Source: Amoebidium appalachense
Lineage: Eukaryota > Protista > Ichthyosporea
NCBI GenBank assembly: GCA_963693365.1
Contig: CAVNZM010000002.1
Location: 17,331,615-17,395,614 of the forward strand
DNA: 64,000 bases
Direction of reading: 5' to 3'
Shown in pieces: positions 1 to 37,809 of this stretch (the stretch's first letter is position 1; each line of letters starts with the position of its first letter). The notes beneath the pieces were generated by a model that saw only the letters and a program-made list of their open reading frames with translations, was not told the DNA's origin and ran no database searches. The translations under genes and the position numbers were made by a program.

Positions 1-73
<73 letters not shown>

Positions 74-119
74 GCATGCGCGTGGGCGTGTGCGTAGGCT
101 GTGCATGCTCGGGGAGAGG

Positions 120-151
<32 letters not shown>

Positions 152-771
152 GGGGGATTGACTTTTAGTGGGCACACTGATGTATTCGAGCGAGTCAGTG
201 AGGAGTAATAAGTAATTGTGGTCTCGGTATTGTTACAGGTATACGTATGAGATCCTGAGGGCGTAACAGTAGATAGGGGAGACACCCCTGGGCCGGCGGT
301 TTGGTTTGGGGGTGGGGAGGAGAAGGGTTGGACTCCGAGGGGGCCCGGGGGGAAGGGGAAGGGGGGAGGGGGGAGGGGGGGAGGGGGGAGGGGGGAGAAC
401 GCGGGGAACGCCTTAGTGGCAGGCCACTTCATGACCCTCATACTTTATATACTCAGTACAAATTATGATTATAATTAGTGGATCATGCATAGAGGGTGTC
501 ATTGGCATCGGAAGTCCAATGATGTGACAGCCTATTTTGTTGGTCCCTCCATATGCATATATGGTGACTGTGTGCATGGTGGTGGTGGGTGTTTTTGTTT
601 TAAATTTCCCCCTCCCCTTCCTCTCTCTCCCTTCCCTCCCCCCTCCCTACTCCCCCCCCCCCCCCCCTCCCCCCCTCCCGCCACCCCCTTCTCAGTCAAC
701 AGCAGCCGGTGGATGGTGGTGATTCCCCTCTCCGGGCCATCCCGAAGCTGTGTGTGTGTGTGTGGGTGGGT

Positions 772-817
<46 letters not shown>

Positions 818-3245
818 TTTCCCCAAGTTTATGCTCAGCAGGATTGTATTTTCTATCCTTTTATTCTTCTGAACAGCACAAGCGCATTCAGCTAGCTAGC
901 ACTGTGTAGAAAGATCAACAAGCGTGTGCTCAAGGCATACGGTGGCACCCCGGTGACGCATGCCATATAGCACCGTCACACTGTGCACACACAACCACTC
1001 CCTGCAGACCCGAGATCCCCTGTTTTCGGCACTCACCGGCATTATTTTCAGTCAGGCTTGTCATTTGCCCCATGCTCCTCGAGCTCCGTGCCTGCACCGG
1101 GCGTGCATGCGCGCACAACGCACCCCATTGTGCAGGCTGACTCGGCGAATTCGCCGAGTCCGAACACTGAGCAATCGATAGCACTAAATGTGACGCTGTC
1201 ATGATCAAGGGGGGAAGAGAGACAGGGGGAGGGAGGGGGGTGAAGGAGGAGGAAAGGCAGAGGGGAAGGGTGGGACGGGGGAACCTCGAGGCAAACGCAT
1301 CACGTGTGTACAGTCGCGAACTTGCTGGTGGGAAGGATCTAGATCCACACGCGTACCCACGTCCTGGCTGGATCTAGCTAGCCAATCAAACTCCTAGATA
1401 TCAAAAGCCCTTAATCTTAGTAGCCAATGAACACGCGGCTCATTTTTTAAAACCAATAGTGATTGGTGGCTTTTCAATGAGTAAACACCAATCAACATCT
1501 GACTTTGCTCTATAGCCTTATTTAGCTATTTTGGTACATTGGCATTTCGTAATGCATAGCTTTCGCAACTATCCGTGCTCCATATGTGTCGGTTCAGTGA
1601 CAAGCGCAAAAACCTCGAATGTACCAAGAACTCTGGTCCAAATTATAGTTCTATGAGTTTAAATGATCGAAAATAACAATTCTCGTTGCACACAAGAAAG
1701 TCGATCCATCGAAAATCGAGGACCTGCTGCTCTTATATGTGGACCAATCAAATAACTGTAAAATCACGAAGGTATGTGAGCCAGTCACGCAACTCTCGGC
1801 TGCGTCACCGTCAGTCGGAGGCCGCAGCTGCAGTCAGATGACAAACTTTGTGACTCGGTGAATTCGTGTTGCTTCCTCTCCAAAACTTTTCTTAAGGCTT
1901 CCATCACAGGCTTCTATTATCAGTTTTTCACCGTAGTTGCTCTTTTATATTTGCAGTTTTTCTGTTTTTGTGCCTGGGAATTCGTAGGACAGACCGTGGC
2001 ACACGGGTTCGCGGAATCTCTGTTCCTTCTTGCTGGAGTTTACCTCACTGGGCCACTGAACTTTGTACTGCCCTCGCAATAGATCAGTTATCTTTTTGTA
2101 ATTCATATGCTAATCTGGAGCTAGCTATGTCTTGGTACAACCTACACAAGGCATAACGTAGTGTGACAGATGAAGTATTTTTAAGCGGCTCTTTACTGTC
2201 GTCCTACCCGGGTTGCCCGGACACACGAATATTTCAAGACTGAAACCAACCCAGGTAATGATCCTTTTTCTCCTTTTTTTTTTTTTTTTGGTGGGGGGAG
2301 GGCGGAGTGTGTGGATGTGCGTGTGCTTATATTCCTGCACGGCCGTGTGACTACTTGCGGTTGTGGTTGCGGACGTGCGGGCGTGCGCGTTTGTGATGTG
2401 CGAGTACGCACAGTTTGAGGGTGGATGGGTTTTGTCTGCCTGTGTGCCTGTATATCTGTCCTCGCATGTACATCTGCCTGTGTGGCATGTGTGAGTGCGT
2501 GTGCGTGCGTGCCTGCGTGTGCGTGCGTGTGCGTGAGCGTGTGCGTGTGCGTGTGTGCGTGTGCGTGTGCGTGTGCGTGTGCGTGTGCGCGTGCATGTTC
2601 TGCGTGTGCGTGTTGTGTGTGTGTGTGTGTGCGTGTGTGTGCGTATGTGTGCACGTTTGTGTAGTCCTTGGTGTGCCTGTATGTGTGTATGAATCTGTGC
2701 ACGACCACACGTGACTTGGTATGTGTGCATGTGCATTCTCTCGTTCGTGTGTGCATGAAGGTTCTGAATAAATTGCTCGTGCGATTGTGCCTGTGCTGGT
2801 TTCCTTGCTCTGCTTTGTCACCATTGTGTCTGTGTAAATATGCGCGTGATTGTGGCCCGGTGCATTGGTATGTGCAGGTGGTGTGCACGTTGGGCTTAGG
2901 GTGTTGTTTATGCTTACCCGCTGTATTCTGGACTTAAAGCGTATTTTCAATGCGCTCTGAAACAACGTGCAGGTTTTGTAGATATTATACATCTTTGTTT
3001 TTGTCCGTTGCACGTGTGTGTGTGTGCGCGTGTTGCCCTTCCACGTATCCGCACACACACATTGCACGGACATACATGCACACAAGAGCACACCCACCCA
3101 TGAACGCACACACATATACACACACTCTTCTACCCACCCACCCACACCTTCACGGGAACCATATGCCTCTCCACAGAACACTATGCTTAACAGGGTTTTG
3201 TTGATTGCAGTTGAGATAGGGTCGTTGCAATTGATATCCGCATAA

Positions 3246-3390
3246 ACAAATGTTTCCTTCGTTAAAACCATGGAATATCTCAACTCCCATGCACACCCAG
3301 GAACCTTTCTGCACAATGAACAAATGTTTCCTTTGTTAGAACTATGGAATATCTCAACTCCCTTGCACACCCAGGAACCTTTCTGCACAA
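3246..3390. repeat. Tandem duplication of ~74 bp
   Basis: aacaaatgtttcct...atggaatatctcaactccc.tgcacacccaggaacctttctgcacaa occurs twice in tandem. Confidence 0.85.
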
Positions 3391-3631
3391 GCAGATCTGC
3401 TTTGCAGTTGCATGTCCACATTGGAACCCAAATAGTCATGCCACTATCATGGGTGTATGTGGACTAGTGCTGTAGGCTCGTGTGATTTGCCCGCCACATC
3501 CGCTTTCAATGTCGCTCGGAATATGCGCCTGCAGGGCAGTCCACACGACACAGACATTTGCTCATATTTCCCGGTACACAGACACGTGCCTTGTTTCCTT
3601 CTAATGCTAAACCGACACTTCTTTCACCCAC

Positions 3632-3670
<39 letters not shown>

Positions 3671-3793
3671 CTCTTTTTTTTTTGTCCTCTGCCCTCTGCA
3701 GTGTTTTCCGTAACGAAAATCTATCTTGTACTCTTTAACACTATTTCCACCCCCCTTCCCCCCCTCCCCCCCTCTTTCCTTTCCCACAGCACC

Positions 3794-10240
<6,447 letters not shown>

Positions 10241-11135
10241 ATCGCAGCACGATTGACCATTTATGGTGAGACATTGGCTGATTTGCACAATCGGGAAGGT
10301 GTAGGCTTGTAGATTACTATATGTGGATCATGGGGGGAGGGTTTTTTTTTTTGTGTGTTCAGCAAGTTACGGGCACACTTACCCAAATGCACCTGCGCAC
10401 ACACACGCATAGGCACACACAGGCACACACACGCACACACCAACACGCAGGTGGTTACGAATGATAAATACATATAAGTGGCTATGTTTCTTTTTCACCC
10501 CCTCAAGGGTTGTTCTGTGTTAGCTAGTATCGTAGTTTTTATTTTTGTCAGTCGTAGGCTGTGCAGTTTTCCTTGATCGAAGGCCCAATGATGTTATTTT
10601 AGATATGGACCAAATTTGGCCAACTCTGTCCAGTAAGATGTTACAGTCAGACCAGATTTTTCTTTCACAGTGATACTGTCCTATACCACATTCGTTAAGG
10701 TGAACATGCTTGATAAAAGTTAAAAGTGATTTTCTATTTTCTAACCATAAGAAATAGTCAGTGCAAAATATACTCGGCCTATGGTTCATATGCAAATATG
10801 CAACAAATTGTGTGTTGGTGTCTTTGCATATGCGGTGCTGCTGATCCACTTGGCATAGCAATGGGAGCGCATGCATATGTCGTGTTTTTACACACGTGAC
10901 ATGACCCCATACACATACTGTGTGCACAATTCACCCACACATCCAAAAAAATTGCACATGTGCAAACACACACTTATATTTTAGCACTGGCAGTCTCACC
11001 AATCATGCACACCGTGCTCCCCCCCCCCCCCCTCCTTCCCTGTAACCCCCCCCCAACCGGCCACCACCACCACCACCACCACCACGACCACGACCAAACT
11101 ACACAACTACACCCACACAAACGTATACGAATCCA

Positions 11136-11190
<55 letters not shown>

Positions 11191-11389
11191 ACACACACAG
11201 ACACACACACACACACACACACACGCACGCACGCACGCACACACACACACACACACACCACCAGGCACCACCAGAGCACCAACCAGCACGACACAAGTAC
11301 ACACGCGCACACATACACAGAAATCATTCATGACGCAATTCCTGTACACATACATGCATGTTGTGCATTTTAACGCAAGAGCGGACCGT

Positions 11390-12711
11390 TTTTTATTTTT
11401 TATTTTCTATTTTTATTGTTTTTTTTTTATATCCCGTTTTGTTCCCGGAGGTACCCCGTAGGGGCCCTCCTGGGGAACTACCGTCTTCCACCCAGCGCCG
11501 ACAGTACTCTAGCTAGGGTGCTACGATGCTATTAGCTGAACTAAAAACACCTATGACAATCCTAACTATATGTACACACTTTGCCCAGGGTATTAACCCC
11601 AGCCACGTCGGTGGGTAGCACCAGGCTTCCCCTCCACTCAGAACCGACGAATAAACTTGAATACTGGGCTCTCATTGGTTCACCTAAAGTGGTGGAATGT
11701 GTGGTGTGGTGTGGGTGGGTTTACGGGGGATGAAGTTGTATGGTGTGGTCTGGTGGTGGTGGGTGGCTGCCTAATAGGATGTGGTGTTGTACGTATTGGG
11801 TGGCTACGGTGTAATGATCTAAGAGCCTAGGGTTGCATGGTTGGGTAGTTCTGTGTGTGTGTCTGCAGGTTGGGCATGCGGCCTGTGTGTGTGTGGGTTG
11901 TGTGGGTGCGTGTGGTTTGGGTTTCGGTGGGGCTCTACGTCTCTGTTTACGAATGGTGTTTGAGTGTTTGTGTTTGTGCATTTTAGGGTGTGTGGGTGGG
12001 AGGGTCGTGTTTCGTGGTGTCCATATCTTAGTGTAGAAATTTTTTTGCAATTCTACGGTTATATTAGCTAAAGTGGCCCGTGTCGTGGGCTCGGTGGTGC
12101 CGAGGTCTGTTAGTAGGGGCCCCACGGATCGTGGGCAAAAGCCCCGTGTGACCCACTTGATGTCCTCGGAGTCCTGTGGGTCGGGATGCCCTCCAATCCA
12201 CTTGAGCCACTCACACTGGGAGGTGGCCGTGTTGGCTATCTGCCGGTGTTGGGGTGACGGGAGTGCGGCACGTTGTAAATGCATTCCGTGATGGCCTTGG
12301 TCAGAGAGGGGGCTTCCTCAGCATGTGCCGAGCAGGACCAGAGATGAGCCGTCGTCGCTGGGTGCTGTTGGCACCTGGGGCATGTGGGTTCCGTGACGAT
12401 GGTCGGGTGGTCTCGGTGTAGCCTGGCCAGGGTCGATAGGGTGCCCATAGCCAGTGATAGGCTCCGAGTGTTGCCTTTTACGGCCCGGATCGATGCCTGG
12501 GCTGAGCCCTTGTTGAGTTTCAAGGGGTCCCTCTCGGCTGGGAGTAAACGAGGGTCGGTGAGGACGGACATGGCCTCCGTCTTGCTGGCCCTTTCATTGA
12601 GGTATTCCATGGTCAGCCGGTTGAGGGCACCGGGAGTATTGCCGGGAATTTGGTGTCCTTGTAGTCGAAGGGTGTATCGGCTCCCTCCTGGGGCGGGGGC
12701 GGGCGGGCGGG

Positions 12712-12749
<38 letters not shown>

Positions 12750-13425
12750 CTGCTGGTGTTGGCAGCCTTGTCGGCCTGGTTGTTCCTCTGCCCCTGTCGT
12801 TTCTTGTTGGTCTGGTGCCCTTTTACCCACGAGATCTCCACGGAGCCTGGCTGACGGAGGGAGAGTTGGTCCCGGACATCATTCCACCGTGTGGGAGAAC
12901 TTGTGTCTCCGTCTGGGTGGCAGGGTGGGGTCCAGATTGGCTGCCCACCTTTTAACCACTCCGAGGTTGTCCAGTCTGATGTGGACGGGGGTAGAGATAG
13001 GGGTCAGTAGTAGGGCCAATAAACCCCGGTGAGCTCGGCTTGGGCTGATGACAAGGCCGTGTGTAGACGGGTGTATGCCGTGACCGGTGGGGCTGCCCGG
13101 TCTTGTGTGTCTAGGACAGCCCCAACTCCGGCCCGGGCTGTTCTCCGGCCTGGGTGGGTCAGGCTGCCGTCGATGTACACGGCGATGGTGGAGTTGGGGG
13201 GGAGCTGTTGGATGTGGAGTTGCCATTCCTCGCAGGTGCCTGGGGGTACCAGCTGCAGGTCCGTGGGGATGTCTCCAGGTTTTGGGGGGGTTTGCACGTC
13301 AGCTGGGTGTGCTGTGCAGTTGCGGCTCGAGGGTCTGCCCCAGGGGGGTGGGGGCTCGGGGGGGGGAGGTTGTTGGGGGGGGTCGGCCGGTAGGGAGGTT
13401 GCCTGTTGGTTTGCACGGATCTGGA
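11390..13425 (-). mobile_element. 5'-truncated non-LTR retrotransposon (RNase H + C-terminal CCHC), copy 1, frameshifted
   Basis: RNase HI motifs VYIDGS, SSAQAEL, IRLDN, WVKGH and NNQADKAA across frameshifted ORFs, then TCPRCQQHPATTAHLWSC. A-rich tail at 11390-11430. TSD taacgcaa(g/a)agcggaccgt at 11371-11389 and 13426-13444 (18/19 identical). Confidence 0.92.
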
Positions 13426-14109
13426 TAACGCAAAAGCGGACCGTGCACAATCGATTAGTCGTTCGGACCCTTCGAACATGCATACACATACCTGCACCTA
13501 ATTAGGAAGTGCACACACCATTGAAGTGTGCGCGAGAACAGGAACACGCCCGGCCCATACATAAATATACATCCACGTGCACATCGATGATTTGATTTGC
13601 TATCTGACGGGGATTATTCCTGTGGACATCGGTAGCTATAGGTATATTTGCATCGAGAACATGGTGTTCCACACGATCGATTCATGCAACTAATTCCAAG
13701 TGTCTTACTTGGATTCTGTCAGTGATAGTATGTACATGAGTGCGGCTCACCATTCCTTCTTTGAGCATCCGCCAGATATATCCATAAATCACAGAAAACG
13801 TATCTCAGGACCTACGACAAAAGACACAAGAATTCAGCATAGATGGCCAATATATCATCACCACATCTATCAAATCTATTGTACACGGCCTTGCGCAAAT
13901 GGGCCCACAATCTATCAGTTCATACATTCTCAATAATCACATACCACAAAGCAAACAACTCAGAAAAATAATATGTGTGCCGTGAGGCACACCCTCATTG
14001 TTCCAAATCCTCATTGTAAGCGTTCCCCACATCATCTCAGAGCCCAATAGCTACTCCCATCATTGAAAGAGAAACCCGCTAGCTATTTACATCAAACCGT
14101 GTGTGTGAA

Positions 14110-14156
<47 letters not shown>

Positions 14157-14164
14157 GTGTGACA

Positions 14165-14196
<32 letters not shown>

Positions 14197-14484
14197 TCAC
14201 GGGTGTGTGCATCCGTGCGTGCGCGTGTGGTGCATGTATGTGTGTGCGTATGGGGGAGAGGTGGGGAGGTTTCTTTCTTTCTTTCTTTCTTTTTTTCTTT
14301 GCTTTCTTTTCTTTTCTTTTCTTTTTCTTTTTCTTTTGGGGGGGGGGGGGGGGAGCGGAAAGGGGGAGGATTAGGAGGTTTGGGAGGGTTTGCCCCTCCC
14401 CCCCCCCCCCCCCCCCCCCCCCCCCCTTCCCCATGCACCATTCTATATTCTTGCATCTATATATACATTGGCCCCATTCTCCCT

Positions 14485-31724
<17,240 letters not shown>

Positions 31725-31845
31725 GACTGCTGGGTTGCCTACAGGCAAAACACCTGCACAGTGGAATGAATGAGTGTGTGAATGGGTGTGTGTTGTGGTG
31801 GAGGTGGTTTGTTAGAGAGAAGCCCGGGGGGGGGGGGGGGGGGGA

Positions 31846-31940
31846 AGAATGTGTTACAGAGTACGAAGTGCACATATTCCAGAACGGAAAAAATAATGCA
31901 GAGTGCAAAGCACGCAAAGAGTAAGCATAATAAGCAGAGG
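31846..31940 (-). mobile_element. Repeat family B, short diverged copy
   Basis: gaatgtgttacagagtacgaagtgcaca...aaagagtaagcataataagcagag matches 25484-25577; sits between a G-run and (ggt)n. Confidence 0.7.
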
Positions 31941-32178
31941 CCGGGTGGTGGTGGTGGTGGTGGTGGTGGAGGAGGGGGGCGGAATCATTGTGAGAGAGAG
32001 AGAGAGTGTGTGTGTGTCCCCGGGGGGGGGGGGGGGGGGGGGGGAGGGGGGGGGGAGGGGGGGGCGCTATCATACCTCCCTCCCTCCCTCCCTGTTGCTC
32101 TGTGCATGCGTGTGAAGGGGTTTTTTATTTTTGTTTTTATTTTTCAATTATTTATCTTTTTTTTGTGAGTGTGTGTGT

Positions 32179-32228
<50 letters not shown>

Positions 32229-32274
32229 GGAGTAGTCCACGTTTTTTTTTTTTCTTCTTTTTTTTTCTCTTTTT

Positions 32275-32318
<44 letters not shown>

Positions 32319-33708
32319 TTGTAGATGGGTGTGTGTGTAACAACGGTGTCTCTTTATTGCACACGTGCACATACACATATTAACGGCTACCTTTCCTTCA
32401 TTCGAATAAATGTAACATCTACAATTTCCTTGAGCAGGTCAGAGAGCGGGTACAAAATGGATCTTGGTGTGGTGTTAAAGTATGGACGAAGTAGCCAGAC
32501 GTGTCTGGTGAGATTTAAAGCCAAGAGCAGCTACCATAATTCAACGTAGAATAGCTTTCCTTTCATCGTCCGCCAATATTATCACACAACATACCTTGTG
32601 TTGATGTTGCACGTGAGGGGTGTCCCTGCCTCTCTCCCCATGCGTTCAAACCACCTACGAGCTACAACTACTGGCATCAACTGAAAAACCTCACAGATAA
32701 TCAAGGAAAAAAACACTATTCGATTCGGCCCATGCACAGTAATGAAAGAAAAACAGAACAGAACTTTCCCAGTGGACTTTGCTCTTGCTTCGCAAAGTTT
32801 GCCGGCGGCTTGGCAACAGTCACAAGTTCACAAAGTTTCCGATCGCCGGGTGGCTCATGGCAGCAAACCCCCTACACCTGTGCATTCCTGTGTAAAAGTT
32901 TTCATACAGCCCACAAAAGATATTTCATATCATTACTAAGCTGCATATTTGATTCAGTAACATAAATACGGCGATGATCTTAAATGTTTTGCAAAAAAAA
33001 ATTATTCTATACTAATAAAGCCAGCATTATAGTTTCAGGTTTGTAAGCACCATATTTTGGAAGGTCTGCAATATGGCAAAATAGGGTTTCTAAACGCACC
33101 TAGTCGCTTTTCAGTGGTTTAGGTGATTCCGAATCCAGAGGCTGGCAAGAGCGGGTCGAATCGCTGTGAGGCGACCCGCTTCTTTGGGAATCGGATTTTT
33201 GTCAGTAAGCACAAAGGCGCTCAAACACTGTAGAGCAATGCTCTGCTATACTTGCTATGTTATATTAAATAACATTACATGTACATTGGAAACGGAAGAA
33301 AGTAGACAGGGTTTGAGGCCTTTATTTCTAAAACCTCGAAGGAGCGTATACAAACTTTCGGCCCGATGTAAACAACCCGATTTCGACTCGAACAACTGGC
33401 CCGTAGGATCTCAGGATCTGCTATCAAGATTTAACCTTTTAAGGCTAGCACCTAAACCAACTGCCAATCACAGCCAAAGGACCTTCACCAAGTGAACGGA
33501 TTTTGATTGGATGCGCCAGCACCCGCTACTTGTATTTATGTTCCATGGACCATGTGCGCCACTTTTTTTGGCTTCTTCAGTGTTTCCTGCTGTTCCTGTC
33601 CTTTACAAAAGCTATTATTGTTTTCCATTCAGTTATTCAGCTTTGTGTATGCACATTCGAGTTTTTGTACGGATACACTGTAAAGATTTGCGTCGGCTAG
33701 ACACCAAT

Positions 33709-34476
33709 ATGAGCAGATTCGTTTTTCTCTCGCTGTGCCAAGCGCTCTTGCTTGGTTCCGCCCTCTCCACAAACGAGCCCCTTTCCAAGCTTATTCGCAG
33801 GGCAGATCAATGCACACGTTCCTTTTCCTGCCAGGCTCCTGCTTTTGGAGAGTGCACAACCTGTGGAAGGGCACCCACGGACAAAGTGTATTACACACTT
33901 GCTCTTCAGAAATGCACAAAGACATCCCCTTGGACAATTCACGGGTTGTGGCCCGATTATAGCAACGGCTTCCCATGTTTATGTCAGGGGCCCACGTCCT
34001 ACAGCACGAACGAGCAATCACCGATTGATGCACGGCTGAGGAAGAACTGGGCGGACTGCAAACCGGAGCAATGTGGGCAGGATTACTTCTGGAGGTTTGA
34101 GTGGGAGAAACACGGGTCATGCATGTTGAAGGTGGGTGCTGTGTCCAGTCAGCTCGAGTATTTTAATCTCACCGTCACGCTGCTGGAAAACTACCAGAAG
34201 GATGGCTCGCTGGACCGCATATGCCAGGGCAGAACCAACACGTGCAACATCAAGGTGAGAGACAACGAGCTCAGCAAGGGTCTTACCATGGTTAAACAGC
34301 CCACCCCCTCCACCACTAGTACTAAATCCTCTGCTGCCCCCACCACGACGAAAACCAGCCAGCCCACGAGTGCGCCCGACCCGTCCCAGCAGCAGAAGGG
34401 GTCACAGGCTGTGGCCCTGACCCCGGCCACTCTCAGCATTCTCCTCCTGGCCGGTATGGTGGCTGCACACGCATAG
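33709..34476 (+). CDS. Ribonuclease T2 family protein, secreted, probable GPI anchor
   Basis: Intronless ORF with signal peptide MSRFVFLSLCQALLLGSALS, CAS I WTIHGLWP, CAS II FWRFEWEKHGSC, conserved Cys pattern, a Ser/Thr/Pro stalk and a hydrophobic C-terminus (LSILLLAGMVAAHA*). Confidence 0.95.
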   Translation: MSRFVFLSLCQALLLGSALSTNEPLSKLIRRADQCTRSFSCQAPAFGECTTCGRAPTDKVYYTLALQKCTKTSPWTIHGLWPDYSNGFPCLCQGPTSYSTNEQSPIDARLRKNWADCKPEQCGQDYFWRFEWEKHGSCMLKVGAVSSQLEYFNLTVTLLENYQKDGSLDRICQGRTNTCNIKVRDNELSKGLTMVKQPTPSTTSTKSSAAPTTTKTSQPTSAPDPSQQQKGSQAVALTPATLSILLLAGMVAAHA

Positions 34477-34672
34477 GGGTGTGTCCTGTGTTTGGTTTCG
34501 TCGGTGGTTCTTTCCTTTTTTTTTTTTTGGTTTTTTGGTTTGTTTATTTTTGCTTTCTTTTTTCTTTGTCTTTTCCATGCTCCCCAAGATTGACCCCTCC
34601 CCTGTCCCTCTATTTCTACCATACACAGACAGGCGCGGAGGATAAACACGCACACGAGCGCATGCACGCGCC

Positions 34673-34749
<77 letters not shown>

Positions 34750-35959
34750 ACACACAGGGGCGCGTGTGCACAGCTTGTCTTGGCTCCCATAGTTTGTGCT
34801 GCTCGTGTTTCGTGTGCTGGTTTTGGTTAGTAGGTGTTGTGTGTTTTTTTTTCTTTTGAAACTGTCTGTGTTAGGTGCGTAGTGATTTACAACAATATTT
34901 GGTTCCTGAGTTCTCTGTTTCTGATCGTTAAAGGAGATTTTGTGCCTTCTTCTGAATCAAAGATATTTAATATATTTTCAAATCTTTGCTTTCTTTCTTT
35001 CGTTCCTTTCTCTCTCCTTCTCTCTCCCTCTTCTCGCTCTCTCTCTCTCTCTCTTGGTTCTTAGGGGGGGGGGGGGGGGGGGGGGGGGGTCTGTCAAGCT
35101 TTCTTTACATTTTGTGGATAATAGGATGTCTTTTCATCTCAGACAGCATGATTTATGAAAAAACGAAACGCGAAGTATGTTTATAAACTTAGTCTAACAC
35201 GTGTCTATATGTTCAATCCATGTGGGCTTGTGCCCACTTATGGTTTGTGATAATGACCCCCCACAGGGTGGTGTGGGATTAACCCTTATTTAGTAAAGAG
35301 GGCTATGTCGTGACATGTGCCTATGTCTGTCTTCGTATTACCTGTGTCCTCTTGGCCAGCTTTGGATTCTTCAAGAAGGGGTTTGTGTGTGTGTGTGTGT
35401 GTTGCCAGTGGCAGTGGAAATGTCGTAATGAAGGGGGTTTGCATGTATGTGACCTGCATGCAAGCAAACCCATGCTCTGCTAGTTTCTTTCAAGTCACGC
35501 CCCTGCACACACCAACTCTACTAATGTCTGCTGTGCAGTGCTGTATGCCACGTGCTTTGGCAAGAAGCCAACAACACCAGACACCGGCATGACCGCCGCA
35601 CCGTCAGAGTCCACACCACTCAACGAAAATCCTTCATCGGTCTACACACAGTGATCCCGTGTGCATGTGTGTGTATGTGTGAGCACCAAGGCGGGGAGGG
35701 GGGGGAGGGGGGGCTCCATCGCACTCTCTCTTCACGATATTATGGTGTCGTAGAGTGACGGCCACGGTATATTCGGGTATCCTGTCCTGAAATTTAAGGT
35801 TTTCTGCATTGTCGCTGCTTCAAGCCGAAGAATGCCGAATTACGCATATGCTAAGCATGTTTTTACTTTGTCCTTTTTAAACTGAATTCTGCATAACTTG
35901 ACATTATATTGATAGGGTGAGATTTACAACCGCTATAGATTTTAACACTGATACTCTAG

Positions 35960-36315
35960 TTATAGATCCCATTATGCAACTTCTATTATAGATCCCATTA
36001 TGCAACTTCTATTGTACACTAATATCTGAATATAAGATCGTTGTAATGTGGAATGATCTCACATGATGCTTAGTTCATTCGTCCTTCTTGACTGGCTGTT
36101 GGTTAGGAGGTCTGGGTATGGGATGATGCTAAAGCACACTCTAGCATGGGTGCATGCATAGATATGAATAAATATTCATGCATGGGGTGCATGCATAAAT
36201 GTGCATAAATTTCCATGTGTGGGGTCGATAAATATCATCATCATGACGTACATAAATTTCCATGTATGGGGTGAATGCATAAATAAGCGTTAAGTTTCAT
36301 GTATGGGGTCGATAG
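35960..36315. repeat. 26-bp perfect duplication plus degenerate ~30-bp tandem repeats
   Basis: ttatagatcccattatgcaacttcta x2 (35960-36011); catg(t)..tgggg...cataaat units at 36145-36315. Confidence 0.7.
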
Positions 36316-36679
36316 GCCATAGGCCATGGAATAACATTCTCAGACCATTTGTATTGTTGTAGCAGTTGATACTGTCGGAGGGACAACGTTAACATGGCGT
36401 AGCCATACCCCCCCCCCCCCCCCCCCCCCCTCCCCCCCCCCCCCTTCTGCCCCTCCCCTCCCCCCCCCCCCCCCCCCCCCCTCTCTCTCCCCCCCCCCCC
36501 TCCGTCGTACTACTTAGTCTTTTGATACATGCACCAAAGCATCTACATGTACAAGAGCAGGCCCCATGGCATGGATGCACACGCAAGGGCTGCACGTGCA
36601 CATGAGCGCACACACATAACACATGCACCAAGACGCATACAGACACACAACATAAACACTGCCACTGTCCATATGCGCG

Positions 36680-36734
<55 letters not shown>

Positions 36735-36741
36735 ATACACG

Positions 36742-36781
<40 letters not shown>

Positions 36782-37729
36782 CTTGCACATACCCACGTGC
36801 ACACAAGCGAGAAAACACGCGCTGCCGTAATCATGTAGAATGACATGCACACAACGCCACCATGTGCACTCTTGTTCCCGCCTTTCACCTTCCTTGTGAA
36901 GCTTGCAACGAGGTATCACGAACTTTGAAGGGCCTGAAGCAGCCGGCGCCCATGCGCCGTGCATAAATATCCACGATTGCCCCCCCCCTGTGTGTGTGCC
37001 TGTCACGGATGTGTGTGTTTGGCATGCCTGTGGATTAGTGTGCACGTGCAAACTCGAATGTGTGACCCGGTGTGTGCATGTGTCTCACACGGTACATATG
37101 TGTGCGAGACCACTCTTCTTCAATTCTTCAGGTTCTCTTAACCGCCGGGGGGGAGAGGGGGGCCGCCGGGGGTAGGGGGGGGGGGGGGGGGGGGGGGGAG
37201 GGGGGGGGAGGGGGGAGGGGGGAGGGAAGAGGGGGGGGGGGGGGGGGGGTGTTAAATTTAAAGGGGAAGGGGAGAATGAGTTACCCATTGCGCACAAACC
37301 GTTGATAAACTGTTGGCATTTTCAGTCTGTCGGGCACACACCACTCAATATCGTGCTCAAGGTTTGATTAGCGAGTAAGGATTGGGCTATCTCGATCCAC
37401 AATACCCTTACACCATCGTGATCAATATCCAATGGCTGAGCCAGCTCCATGTGTATAGTTGAGGCAGTTATGCACCGAGTGCAATACCAAGCTCCAGACC
37501 ACACTGGCGTGAAACCTATATGTCACTATCATATGAGCATCTAGAGCATCCCTTTTACGAGTGGATCCTTCCCTCCCCCCCCCCCCCCCCCTCCCCCAAC
37601 CACTACCATCACCACCACCACACCTCTTTATATTTTACTTTTTTTATTTTTTTGGCAAAGTTGGATTTGGGGGGGGGGGGGGGGGGGGGGGGTATAGCTA
37701 AACGTAATTCTCAGGAACCCCAAGTGTCC

Positions 37730-37809
<80 letters not shown>

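Noticed and set aside
1037-1073. Possible first exon MGQMTSLTENNA with a gtgagt donor on the minus strand
   Set aside because: Too short, and no convincing downstream exon in the window.
33511-33708. Extended N-terminus of the RNase T2 ORF
   Set aside because: The ATG at 33709 directly starts a signal peptide; the upstream in-frame stretch is probably 5' UTR.
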